From IMG/VR virus record IMGVR_UViG_3300009183_004565: 64,000 nt of DNA; one strand, given 5' to 3'. Positions 26,564 through 36,022 of the stretch are shown here, one piece after another (position 1 is the stretch's first letter; every line of letters starts with the position of its first letter). The notes under the pieces are model-generated. The model saw only the letters and a program-made list of their open reading frames with translations. It had not been told where the DNA came from and did no database searches. Position numbers and translations under genes: made by a program. The DNA comes from a virus (Duplodnaviria > Caudoviricetes).

Positions 26564-27823
26564 ATGGCAGAATCTACTGTAATTGACAAAGCAAAAGTTA
26601 AGACTGTAACTAACCCAAAGACGGACGCGGCTGCTCGCGAAAAACTTACTACTGCTCGCATTGGCTTGCTGCTAAAGGCTCCGTTCTTTGGACAGTTGGC
26701 TACACGTATGACGCTTACTAATGCCGACGAATGGTGCGGTACTGCTGCTACAGACGGACGCAAGTTCTATTACAATAGCGAGTTTGTTAACAACATGCCG
26801 CTTAAACAACTTGAGTTCTTGGTTGGACACGAGATCCTGCATGCTGTATATGATCACATGGGACGCCGCGGCGACCGACTGCCTCGGCTGAGTAATATTG
26901 CTGCTGATTATTGTGTTAACCAAGACTTGGTTGAACAACGTATTGGCGAAAAGATTAGTGTAGTACCTATCTTGTTTGATTCTAAGTTCAAAGGGCAAAG
27001 CTACGAAGAAGTATATGATTACTTGTACGAGAACGCAGACAAGATCAATATGGAACAGCTGGAGCAGATGATTCTCGACGAGCACTTGGAAGATGACGGT
27101 GACGGTGACGGTGACGGCGACGGTGAAGATGGCAAAGGTCGCCCTCGACTGAGCAAAGAAGAAGCACAGGCTATCCGCGATGAGATCAAAGGTGCTGTTA
27201 TTGCTGCGGCACAGAGTGCAGGTGCAGGTAACTTGCCTAGCGGTGTCAAGCGTTTACTCAAAGACATGACTGAGCCAGTAATTGGCTGGAAGGAATTATT
27301 ACAGCAACAGATTCAAAGTGTTGTCAAGAATGACTTTAGCTGGGCACGGCCAAGTCGTAGGGGTTGGCACATGGATGCCATATTGCCTGGCTTGAAGCCC
27401 GGTGAGATGATTGATGTGTGCATTGCCATGGACCAGTCGGGCAGTATCAGCGAAGAAGATAGCAAGGCATTTTTGGGTGAGATCAAAGGTATCATGGAAG
27501 CATTCGACGAGTACAAGATTACACTGTGGTGCTTTGACACAGACATCTATAACGTGCAGACATACACGTCAGACAACATTGACGACATCATGGAGTATGA
27601 ACCTCAAGGCGGTGGCGGCACTGACTTTATGGCCAATTGGGAGTTCATGAAAGCGAATGCGATTGAACCCAAGAAGTTCATTATGTTTACTGATGGTATG
27701 CCGTTTGGTGAGTGGGGCGAAGAGCAGTATTGCGAAACTGTTTGGATCATTAAAGGTAACCCAGGTTGCGAACCACCATGGGGCATTTGGGCACATTACG
27801 AAGAAGCAGCGAAAGGACGTTGA
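26564..27823 (+). CDS. DUF2201-type metallopeptidase-like domain fused to VWA domain (MoxR partner)
   Basis: TAATDG, GHEILH (HExxH), MIDAS DQSGS, GGGTDF, FTDG. Confidence 0.85.
   Translation: MAESTVIDKAKVKTVTNPKTDAAAREKLTTARIGLLLKAPFFGQLATRMTLTNADEWCGTAATDGRKFYYNSEFVNNMPLKQLEFLVGHEILHAVYDHMGRRGDRLPRLSNIAADYCVNQDLVEQRIGEKISVVPILFDSKFKGQSYEEVYDYLYENADKINMEQLEQMILDEHLEDDGDGDGDGDGEDGKGRPRLSKEEAQAIRDEIKGAVIAAAQSAGAGNLPSGVKRLLKDMTEPVIGWKELLQQQIQSVVKNDFSWARPSRRGWHMDAILPGLKPGEMIDVCIAMDQSGSISEEDSKAFLGEIKGIMEAFDEYKITLWCFDTDIYNVQTYTSDNIDDIMEYEPQGGGGTDFMANWEFMKANAIEPKKFIMFTDGMPFGEWGEEQYCETVWIIKGNPGCEPPWGIWAHYEEAAKGR
27095..27124 (+). repeat. In-frame hexanucleotide microsatellite (GACGGT/C)x5 encoding (DG)5
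   Basis: gacggt gacggt gacggt gacggc gacggt in the inter-domain linker. Confidence 0.85.
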
Positions 27824-27824
27824 T

Positions 27825-28100
27825 ATGAAACGAGCTTGGCGATTTATTAAATGGTGTTTTGTTGGTATGGGGTTGGCTGAATGGTACCTGCTGTCAGGAA
27901 GTTTTTGTTTAGGCTCCGGACTAGCTGCAATAGCACAAGGTGACAATGAGTCTAAGCAATTTTGGTTTGGTGCTGCTGCAGTTATAGCAATAATTGCTAT
28001 GCTTAGTTTTATCTTACAAGGTATCAAGTCAATGTGGAATCGTTTCAAAGAAGATGACGAACGAGCCTTTAACATACTTAAAGATAAAGATCTAAAATGA
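27825..28100 (+). CDS. Small membrane protein
   Basis: Two hydrophobic segments. Confidence 0.5.
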   Translation: MKRAWRFIKWCFVGMGLAEWYLLSGSFCLGSGLAAIAQGDNESKQFWFGAAAVIAIIAMLSFILQGIKSMWNRFKEDDERAFNILKDKDLK

Positions 28101-28288
28101 AAGAATCAACAATTATATGGATTGCTGTTGTGCTATTAATAGCAACATTGTGTGTAGTTCATTTAATGAATAAACCTCAAGGTATGTGGATTAATTGTGA
28201 CATAGCAGAAATTAGTCCAGACTATACCAACGCAATCAAGGAAGCCTGTAGAAAAGCAAGGAGTGATAATGATTATAGACCTAAATAA
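28097..28288 (+). CDS. Small protein with N-terminal TM helix
   Basis: IIWIAVVLLIATLCVV. Confidence 0.5.
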   Translation: MKESTIIWIAVVLLIATLCVVHLMNKPQGMWINCDIAEISPDYTNAIKEACRKARSDNDYRPK

Positions 28289-28487
28289 TGAAGCAGTGGA
28301 TGGCCTTATTAAAAGCATCTTGATTCAAGACTACAAAGGATTACTTGAAGATACTGATCGTTTAAACAAGCTCAAAAATAAAGGAGCACATCAACTAAAA
28401 GATATCGAACACAACTTGCGTTATATTGAGGCAATGGAAACACTAATGGAATATTATGTTGGATTCCAATGGAAGGATCAACTGTGA
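28269..28487 (+). CDS. Hypothetical protein
   Basis: ORF in coupled series. Confidence 0.45.
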   Translation: MIIDLNNEAVDGLIKSILIQDYKGLLEDTDRLNKLKNKGAHQLKDIEHNLRYIEAMETLMEYYVGFQWKDQL

Positions 28488-28888
28488 AACACGTAGGCAT
28501 AGCTGTTGGTATGGACATGTTCGAACGTATTGATCGTGTTCGCGAACTGGCTGATCATTATGGATTCAGACTAGGCAAGATACCATATAACAGTTATGGT
28601 GCAACTGACAATATTGACAATATTGCACTATATCCAAAAGATCAAAGTCTACCTGTGTACAGTCGTGATGCTTGTTTTTTTAGTGGCAACTTGGTCGAAC
28701 TTGAAAACTTCTTCGAAGGTATTCGTTGGTCAAGAAACTATGATCAAATGATTGGTGCAATGTCTGCACAACGTCGCGAACAGTTTGAAGCAAAAGAGAT
28801 TGCAAGATTAGCCAAAATACAGTATAATCAAGAACGTGCAGAAACTTTTAAAACACTTAAAAAGGAATTTGATAATGGAACCGATTGA
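28484..28888 (+). CDS. Hypothetical protein
   Basis: GTG start overlapping the previous stop. Confidence 0.5.
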   Translation: MKHVGIAVGMDMFERIDRVRELADHYGFRLGKIPYNSYGATDNIDNIALYPKDQSLPVYSRDACFFSGNLVELENFFEGIRWSRNYDQMIGAMSAQRREQFEAKEIARLAKIQYNQERAETFKTLKKEFDNGTD

Positions 28889-29168
28889 CTTCAACAATGT
28901 TAAAGCCAGCAAAAAAGTAAAGAAGTTGATTGCTGAATTGCAATATCGTGTACTGCAAACAGAGGATGCACTCGAAGATATTGCTCGTGCTGCTGAGATT
29001 GCCGAAGTAACCGGACAAGTTGAAATGATGAGTATCTTTGTACAACAGGCAAATGAATTACTTCGAGATCGTATTGTTCGCCCGGATTCAAGTATTGCTG
29101 CCGACAATTATAAAATGACTATTGTTACAGACGACGATCCGGTAGAGGACAATAAGAATGTTACGTAA
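28875..29168 (+). CDS. Hypothetical coiled-coil protein
   Basis: ATG 28875 after AAGGA. Confidence 0.5.
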   Translation: MEPIDFNNVKASKKVKKLIAELQYRVLQTEDALEDIARAAEIAEVTGQVEMMSIFVQQANELLRDRIVRPDSSIAADNYKMTIVTDDDPVEDNKNVT

Positions 29169-29448
29169 CGGTGAAGCTAATCCGTTAAATGTACACGGGC
29201 TTCGCGAACTAGAGCGTTGCCCGCCTCATTTTGTACAAGTACAATTTGATCTAAGGTGTTCCCGTAAACAAATCACTGATTGGATTTGGGAAAACTTTGA
29301 AGGTCGTTTTTGGTTTGGTGATTGGTTTTATACTAACAATACTGGTGTCATTGCAATGGATACTTGTGCCGCATTTGAACTACCTGGCGAAGCAAGTATG
29401 TTTGGATTATGTTTGGACCAAATACAGGCTAATACCTACTACAAATAA
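29158..29448 (+). CDS. Hypothetical protein
   Basis: 96 aa ORF in coupled series. Confidence 0.5.
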   Translation: MLRNGEANPLNVHGLRELERCPPHFVQVQFDLRCSRKQITDWIWENFEGRFWFGDWFYTNNTGVIAMDTCAAFELPGEASMFGLCLDQIQANTYYK

Positions 29449-29504
29449 AAATATTCCTGTGGTTATTGTTTGAGTAAATAATAGTAGTTATTTACGGAGA
29501 ACAT

Positions 29505-29735
29505 ATGGAACAAGAAACTCAACCAGAAGCACCAAGTTTATCACTAAACGATTTGGTACTTCTTCTTAATCTAGTCAGAGTCACTGCAGACCGCGGTGCA
29601 ATCAAAGCAGAAGAAATGTCAGCTGTGGGCGCAGTCTACGAAAAGCTGGGCAAATTTCTGCAAGCAAGTGGTGCATTAAATCAATCTGCACCTACACCCC
29701 CAGAATCTGAAGCATCAGACGATTCAAACGCATAA
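29505..29735 (+). CDS. Hypothetical protein
   Basis: GTAAATA at 29474-29480, GGAG RBS. Confidence 0.55.
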   Translation: MEQETQPEAPSLSLNDLVLLLNLVRVTADRGAIKAEEMSAVGAVYEKLGKFLQASGALNQSAPTPPESEASDDSNA

Positions 29736-29751
29736 TACCTAGGAGACTTAT

Positions 29752-30450
29752 ATGTTAAAGCACGTTGGCAAACACAACGATAAAAGATGTGTTATTGTAT
29801 TTCGAAAGATACCTGAACTTGAGCATATGGCTCTTGTTGTTTACAGTGATCTATTACCACGTATGACACACGATGAAATTATGCGGGCAGTTGAAAGTCC
29901 TCAAGGACAAGAGGCAATGGACATCTCCGAAGTTCTATTTAGAACTATCATGGCAGACGGAAACAACTGCCTAGAGAGTCTACATCGCAACGGACTAATG
30001 AAAAAAGTTCCAACTAATCAAGTGTTAGTGACACCTACCACTACTTCAAGTGTACGTCTTGATGAACTCAACGACATCTTAGATGAAATGGCCAAAGGTA
30101 AAGAAGCAATGGAACGATTACAGAACATCGATTCTAATCGCGGATTTACAGGTAAAAAGAATAACACTGACAAGAATCAACCACGACGTGCCGAAATCCA
30201 AGAACTTGGTGAGCGTAAAATGCGTGAAGCCCAAGGAAATACTAGCGCAGCCGACATGCTAGCTGGTATGCTAAGTGACAACGATCTAGCCGTACAACGA
30301 CTAGAACAAGCACAAAGAATGGAAGCTAGTGCTAAACAACTTTTAGAAGAAGCAGCACGTCTTAAAGCAGAAGCAGGCAGTCTAGATCCTAAGGTAAACA
30401 ATGTCGGAACAAAAACCAAAAAAACCACGACAAAAAAGCAAACGGCTTAA
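29752..30450 (+). CDS. Hypothetical protein with C-terminal coiled coil
   Basis: AGGAG RBS, 232 aa. Confidence 0.6.
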   Translation: MLKHVGKHNDKRCVIVFRKIPELEHMALVVYSDLLPRMTHDEIMRAVESPQGQEAMDISEVLFRTIMADGNNCLESLHRNGLMKKVPTNQVLVTPTTTSSVRLDELNDILDEMAKGKEAMERLQNIDSNRGFTGKKNNTDKNQPRRAEIQELGERKMREAQGNTSAADMLAGMLSDNDLAVQRLEQAQRMEASAKQLLEEAARLKAEAGSLDPKVNNVGTKTKKTTTKKQTA

Positions 30451-30742
30451 CTTAAACAGCAAAGCAAAATGGGAATCTATTTTAAAATCCGTAGAGAAAA
30501 AAGAGATCCCAATTGCTATGCTGGAAAGTATAAATGTTAATCTTGCAGACGGTACTATAGTTAAAATCAATATACGTGAACTATTATCCGAAGGTGCTGA
30601 TCCTGATGATCTAGAGCATGAGATAAAAGATAAACTCAGAGCACTAGACAATATAATTGATGATATTGATTTTTTCATCAGTGTAAAAGAGGTAGCCAAG
30701 ATTGTTCAACCAGCTACCGACGAACTATTAAAAAATTTATGA
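30401..30742 (+). CDS. Hypothetical protein
   Basis: 113 aa ORF coupled to DHFR. Confidence 0.55.
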   Translation: MSEQKPKKPRQKSKRLNLNSKAKWESILKSVEKKEIPIAMLESINVNLADGTIVKINIRELLSEGADPDDLEHEIKDKLRALDNIIDDIDFFISVKEVAKIVQPATDELLKNL

Positions 30743-31248
30743 TTTGTACTATATTTGCTACAGACCAAATGGGAACATTTGGTAACCGAGGTACTTTACC
30801 TTGGCCAATGGATCCTGAGGATATGTCTTGGTTTCGAGAACATACTCATGATCAAATTGTTGTAATGGGACGACGTACATGGGACGATCCTAAAATGAAG
30901 AAGCCGTTACCTAATAGAGTTAATTGTGTTATTAGCAATAGCCCTATTGTAGGGTACCCTAGTGTACGACGACTGTCGGGTGATTATAAAAAACAAATCA
31001 AGGATCTACAAACGTTATTCCCAAATAAAAATATTTTTATACTCGGCGGTCCTGAACTCATAATGGACTGTAAAGATTTAATAGACTATGCTTATGTAAC
31101 ACATCGCAAAGGTGCAGCACATAGTGACGTTCGTATTGATCTTCGAGCGTTTATGACCGGAATGCGAATAACTAGTAGTCGACCTAGCACAGATAAAATG
31201 TTAAACTTTAGTATCTACAAAAATATAGATATCTTCAGACCTTTATAA
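30739..31248 (+). CDS. folA: Dihydrofolate reductase
   Basis: GNRGTLPW, VVMGRRTW, PLPNRVNCVIS, ILGG. Confidence 0.92.
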   Translation: MICTIFATDQMGTFGNRGTLPWPMDPEDMSWFREHTHDQIVVMGRRTWDDPKMKKPLPNRVNCVISNSPIVGYPSVRRLSGDYKKQIKDLQTLFPNKNIFILGGPELIMDCKDLIDYAYVTHRKGAAHSDVRIDLRAFMTGMRITSSRPSTDKMLNFSIYKNIDIFRPL

Positions 31249-32166
31249 ATGGAACAACAATACTTAACAGCATTGCGTGAAGTTTTAGAAACTGGAACAC
31301 GCAGAGATGATCGCACGGGTGTGGGTACCATATCTAAATTTGGTATGCAGCAACGATACGATCTGTCCCAGGGATTTCCTGCTGTCACTACCAAGAAATT
31401 AGCGTGGCGGGCTTGTGTAGGTGAACTACTTTGGTTCATCGAAGGCAGTGGTAGCGAGCGCAGGCTTGCAGAACTCACACACGGCATTGCTGACGGTAAG
31501 GCGACTATATGGACTCCCAATGCACTTGCTCCTTATTGGAAACCCCGGGCCAAATTTGATGGTGACTTGGGTCGGGTATACGGAGTACAATGGCGTCATT
31601 GGCGTACAATTAAACCGCGTGAACCAAATGCTACATTCAAAGACGGTTTTGGATCTACTTATCGTAGGATAGGTAGTGAAGTAGAATTACGAGAAGTAGA
31701 CCAATTACGCCAATTGATTGACGGTATTCGCAAAGACCCATATGGTCGTAGACATATATTAACAGCATGGAATCCTGGTGAGCTAGATCAAATGGCTCTA
31801 CCACCTTGTCATTGCTTTGCGCAGTTTTATGTCTCCGACGGTCGGTTGTCGTGCCAAATGTACCAGCGTTCTTGTGATATGTTTTTAGGTGTACCTTTTA
31901 ACATAGCAAGCTATAGTTTACTAACACATATGATTGCTCATGTGTGCGGTCTTCAGGTAGGCGAGTTCGTTCACGTACTCGGCGACGCACATATATATTT
32001 GGATCATATAGATCAGGTAAACGAACAATTGAAGCGTGAACCATTACCTGCTCCACGACTACTGCTAAGTCCGGGTATACAAGAAATCACAGAGTTTACC
32101 ATGGGTGATATTGTGCTACATGACTATCAATCGCATGGTGCTATTAAAGCCCAAATGGCGGTATAA
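31249..32166 (+). CDS. thyA: Thymidylate synthase
   Basis: DRTGVGT, ELLWF, LGRVYGVQWR, MALPPCH, YQRSCDMFLGVPFNIASY, GDAHIY. Confidence 0.96.
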   Translation: MEQQYLTALREVLETGTRRDDRTGVGTISKFGMQQRYDLSQGFPAVTTKKLAWRACVGELLWFIEGSGSERRLAELTHGIADGKATIWTPNALAPYWKPRAKFDGDLGRVYGVQWRHWRTIKPREPNATFKDGFGSTYRRIGSEVELREVDQLRQLIDGIRKDPYGRRHILTAWNPGELDQMALPPCHCFAQFYVSDGRLSCQMYQRSCDMFLGVPFNIASYSLLTHMIAHVCGLQVGEFVHVLGDAHIYLDHIDQVNEQLKREPLPAPRLLLSPGIQEITEFTMGDIVLHDYQSHGAIKAQMAV

Positions 32167-33128
32167 TGATTACTATGCTAGTGGGCGATACAACAGAATA
32201 TCTATCTGTTGCGGCAAAAAAATATAGTAATAATGCAAGTTTGATTACCGAAGATAATTTCAGAAATATTTCAAACGGAGTTTATTATATTAGTCTTGGC
32301 GATTTTACATCTATTAAAAATTTTGTATTGGCTTTACATAGCGCAAATAGATTAATTTATTGTCCACCAAAATACTGGACCGACACTGATAGAAATAATT
32401 TTAGTTATATGCAAAAGTGGACGGAATTTTACTTACATGCATATAGTGGTTATAAAAAAGTCGAGGGAATAGAGCAAGTATCTAATATCAGTGACACTGA
32501 TGCAATGTTGTCACTTGTTGATACTAGAAAAGTTGATTCTCAGCAATTATGGGTTGCAGGATGTAGTGTGTCTGCCGGTGACTGGTTAAACCCCGAAGAC
32601 AGATATGGTCAAATATTATCGAACAAATTAGAAATTCCTGTATCATTTTTAGCGAAAAGCGGAAGTTCTATTAAATGGGCTTCGGATCAGATTTTACGTT
32701 CTGATATACGAAAAGATGATATTGTAATTTTTGGATTGACTTCTGCATGCAGATTCAATTATTATCAAAATAAAAAAGTTCTACATGTCAATAGTTCTTT
32801 TTATGAATCATTTCCAGAATTTAATAATTTAATTAATATTACCACACTTGACAGCGAAAATAGTATATATCAATCAATAATAAGTGTTTATCAGGTAATT
32901 AATTTTTGCAAGGCAATTGATGCCAAATTGATACTGGCGGGAATATTCGTTGAAAATGAAGAACTATCACACTTTTCGTCTATACCAGGTTATCGTCACT
33001 TGTACGGATTTTTTGGCCTAAATATCGACGACATGTTTATTGATTTTGCGGACGACAATCTGCATCCTGGGCCACTAATGCACCAATGGTACGCAGACCA
33101 AATATTGAATTTTATAAAAGAAAAATAA
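32166..33128 (+). CDS. Protein with C-terminal SGNH-like domain
   Basis: WVAGCSVSAG, GSSIKW, DNLHPG. Confidence 0.55.
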   Translation: MITMLVGDTTEYLSVAAKKYSNNASLITEDNFRNISNGVYYISLGDFTSIKNFVLALHSANRLIYCPPKYWTDTDRNNFSYMQKWTEFYLHAYSGYKKVEGIEQVSNISDTDAMLSLVDTRKVDSQQLWVAGCSVSAGDWLNPEDRYGQILSNKLEIPVSFLAKSGSSIKWASDQILRSDIRKDDIVIFGLTSACRFNYYQNKKVLHVNSSFYESFPEFNNLINITTLDSENSIYQSIISVYQVINFCKAIDAKLILAGIFVENEELSHFSSIPGYRHLYGFFGLNIDDMFIDFADDNLHPGPLMHQWYADQILNFIKEK

Positions 33129-33132
33129 CTTT

Positions 33133-33363
33133 ATGGTACTACATTCATTTACAATGGGAGATGTAGAAGATCCTTATCTCTACGCAGGGTTCCCAATCTC
33201 TGAATGGCAGCAAACAGAAATGGGACAATGGGTTATGGCGAATGTAATAGAAGAACCAGTGTTTACTATAGCACCTGATATTCTTAGCATGGGGCATCGT
33301 GTAGTAATAACAGGTAAACTTACCCCCGAAGCAGAAACTTATTTCACACTAAAATATCGATGA
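33133..33363 (+). CDS. Hypothetical protein
   Basis: 76 aa ORF in coupled series. Confidence 0.5.
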   Translation: MVLHSFTMGDVEDPYLYAGFPISEWQQTEMGQWVMANVIEEPVFTIAPDILSMGHRVVITGKLTPEAETYFTLKYR

Positions 33364-34331
33364 AAATACTTGTAACTGGTGCTGCTGGTTTTATTGGGCA
33401 TAACGTTGTTCGTTTTTTAGAGCAACAAGAAAACGAAATCTTTGGATTAGATAATAGAACAAACTATGGATTTATTCCCAAAGACGAAGCAGAATATTTG
33501 TTTAAAGAACGTGCTAAAAGAATACATACGTTTCCAATGGTTGGGGATATACGCAATAACGATGATATACAACAGCGTGTAGGAATGTTTGGTATTAAGA
33601 CTATTGTTCATCTTGCCAGTTTTCCAAGACAGAAGGTAGTAGAACAAAATCCAGCACTAGCCAGTGAAGTTATGAGTACCGGATTAATTAATTTACTTGA
33701 GGCTGCTAGAACACATCGGATTAAACGTTTTGTATACATTAGTAGCAGCATGGTATACGGAGACTTTGAAAATGATGTTGATGAAGCTTCCCCGTGTAAT
33801 CCAATTGGCCAATATGGCATCATGAAGTACATGGGCGAGAAGTTGGTTGAAGATTATGCTCGCAAATACGGATTTGAATATGTAATTATACGTCCCAGTG
33901 CTGTATACGGTGAATATGATGTAGAGGATCGTGTGGTCAGTAAGTTTATGTTAGGTGCCATGCGTGGCGAAACATTACGAGTTAAAGGTGCCGGAGAAGT
34001 ATTAGACTTTACCTATGTAGAAGATGCTGCAATGGGCATTGCACAGGCCACTACAAATAACCTAGCTGCAAATAAAATTTATAATATCACTCGCAGCGAT
34101 ACAAAATTAACTACATTACGCGAAGCAGCAGAAATAGCAATCGCAATAGCAGGCAAAGGCTCAATTGAAATACAAGATAGAGATCTGAGTTTTCCTAAAC
34201 GTGGTCGTTTAAATATTGAACGTGCAGTGAAAGATTTTAATTATAACCCAACAGTTAATGTAGAAGAAGGATTCCGTCGTTACTACGATTGGTTTCAGAG
34301 ATCATATTACTGGCAGCAAAAAATAGGATAA
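33360..34331 (+). CDS. NAD-dependent nucleotide-sugar epimerase/dehydratase (extended SDR)
   Basis: TGAAGFIG, YISSSMVYG, YGIMK, RPSAVYG, DFTYVED. Confidence 0.88.
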   Translation: MKILVTGAAGFIGHNVVRFLEQQENEIFGLDNRTNYGFIPKDEAEYLFKERAKRIHTFPMVGDIRNNDDIQQRVGMFGIKTIVHLASFPRQKVVEQNPALASEVMSTGLINLLEAARTHRIKRFVYISSSMVYGDFENDVDEASPCNPIGQYGIMKYMGEKLVEDYARKYGFEYVIIRPSAVYGEYDVEDRVVSKFMLGAMRGETLRVKGAGEVLDFTYVEDAAMGIAQATTNNLAANKIYNITRSDTKLTTLREAAEIAIAIAGKGSIEIQDRDLSFPKRGRLNIERAVKDFNYNPTVNVEEGFRRYYDWFQRSYYWQQKIG

Positions 34332-34334
34332 TAT

Positions 34335-34925
34335 ATGAATAAATTGTCGTACGACTGGTGGTTAGATATGTCAGATATGGAGTTCTTTGCTTGGTACGAA
34401 GATATTTTTACTAACGAAGAACTAGATACAATAGAAAAATTAGTGTCCGATAATGATCTTTATATTGGGGAAATATCAGGCGACACTAAAGATACTACTA
34501 TTAGAGATAGTAAAATTAATTTTATAGAATCTAACATTGAATCTAATAAATGGATATTTGAAAGATTTACTGGATTAATCAACAATGCCAATGAACGATT
34601 TTTTAAATTTGAATTAAGTCGATTAGAATCATTACAATACACTGTGTATAACAAAGGACAATTTTATCGGGATCATATGGATCTTGGATATAAAAATCCA
34701 AATAATGCTATTCGTAAATTGAGCTTTACTATGCAATTATCTAATCCTGCTGATTACGATGGTGGCGAACTATTGATCAAACATGGATCAACTCCTGACG
34801 TTGCACGTAAAAATCGAGGTGCTATTACAGTCTTTCCTTCGTATATTATGCATGAAGTGACTCCTGTTACACGAGGTACACGTAAAAGTATTGTTGGTTG
34901 GGTAACTGGTCCTCGCTGGCGATGA
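34335..34925 (+). CDS. 2OG-Fe(II) oxygenase (PKHD/P4H-like)
   Basis: FYRDHMD, RKLS, YDGGEL, MHEVTPVTRGTRKSIVGW. Confidence 0.85.
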   Translation: MNKLSYDWWLDMSDMEFFAWYEDIFTNEELDTIEKLVSDNDLYIGEISGDTKDTTIRDSKINFIESNIESNKWIFERFTGLINNANERFFKFELSRLESLQYTVYNKGQFYRDHMDLGYKNPNNAIRKLSFTMQLSNPADYDGGELLIKHGSTPDVARKNRGAITVFPSYIMHEVTPVTRGTRKSIVGWVTGPRWR

Positions 34926-36022
34926 GCATAATTCCTTTTTTTGGTGTTGCTAGACAATATGCAAACTTGCGAGAGGAAATACTTGATGTTACTGATCGTG
35001 TATACTCTACTGGTCGGGTTTTAGACGGCGAATACACTAGAGAGTTTGAATTACAGATAGCAAGACGATGCCAGAGAGCGTATGCACTTGCAGTCAACTC
35101 CGGCACTCAGGCCTTAATCTTTGCACAGATGGCCACCATGGATCGCCCGCCATATTCAGTTTTAATTCCCACAGTTAGTTTTGTAGCCACTATTAATAGT
35201 GTGCTTATGAATAATCATACCCCGGTATTCTGCGATGTTGATTATAAAGGATTACTGGATCTTGATTCATATTCGTATAAGCTAGATCAAAGTGTTGGTG
35301 CAGTTATGTATGTAAATCTATTTGGTAACTGCCTTGACTGGGATAGATTCCAAATGCATACCAAGTTCTTTAATGATGATCTAGTTATAATCGAAGATGC
35401 TGCACAAAGCTTTGGTGCCAGTTATAAAGGTACGCCTAGTGGCAAGATGGGTGATGTAAGTGTGTTAAGTTTTGACCCAACCAAGAATCTAAACAACTAC
35501 GGATCGGGTGGTATGATACTTACAGACGATTTTCAAATATACGAAACCGTTCGCGGACTTAGAGACAACGGCAAAATCATACACGACACCCCAGGCACTA
35601 ACAGTAAGATGAGCGAGGCTGACTGTGCTCAGATGTTGATTAAACTAGGACACTTTGACGCATGGCAGCGTCGTAGATCGGAAATTGCCAACTACTACAT
35701 ACAAGAACTATATCAATACGTAGACATTCTTACTTCCAACGAAGGAGTAGAACATGCCTGGCATAAGTTTGTTATTAGAACAGAACATAGATCTGCATTA
35801 ATGAGTCACTTATCATATCAAGGAATTGAAACCAAGGTACACTACGACTATGCATTATACGATCTAGGTGTAGGATTTAATTATGTAGATTATAGTCGAG
35901 ATTTATACACAGAAACAAGTACTTTTACTAGAGAATGTTTAAGTTTACCCGTATATCCTGAACTGTCCGATGCAGAAGTAGAAACTGTAGTAGAAAAAAT
36001 TAAGCAGTATATAGATTATTAA
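34922..36022 (+). CDS. DegT/DnrJ/EryC1/StrS aminotransferase (amino-sugar biosynthesis)
   Basis: VNSGTQAL, IEDAAQSFG, SFDPTKNLNNYGSGG, LSLPVYP. Confidence 0.9.
   Translation: MSIIPFFGVARQYANLREEILDVTDRVYSTGRVLDGEYTREFELQIARRCQRAYALAVNSGTQALIFAQMATMDRPPYSVLIPTVSFVATINSVLMNNHTPVFCDVDYKGLLDLDSYSYKLDQSVGAVMYVNLFGNCLDWDRFQMHTKFFNDDLVIIEDAAQSFGASYKGTPSGKMGDVSVLSFDPTKNLNNYGSGGMILTDDFQIYETVRGLRDNGKIIHDTPGTNSKMSEADCAQMLIKLGHFDAWQRRRSEIANYYIQELYQYVDILTSNEGVEHAWHKFVIRTEHRSALMSHLSYQGIETKVHYDYALYDLGVGFNYVDYSRDLYTETSTFTRECLSLPVYPELSDAEVETVVEKIKQYIDY

Noticed and set aside
31600-31700. Extra segment in ThyA (TIKPREPNATFKDGFGSTYRRIGSEVELRE) as possible intron or intein
   Set aside because: Short, in-frame, with no intein or splice motifs; consistent with a variable surface loop
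30739-32166. DHFR-ThyA (with dCMP deaminase) as evidence of pyrimidine hypermodification
   Set aside because: ThyA has canonical dUMP-specific motifs; this is ordinary dTTP supply for a large phage
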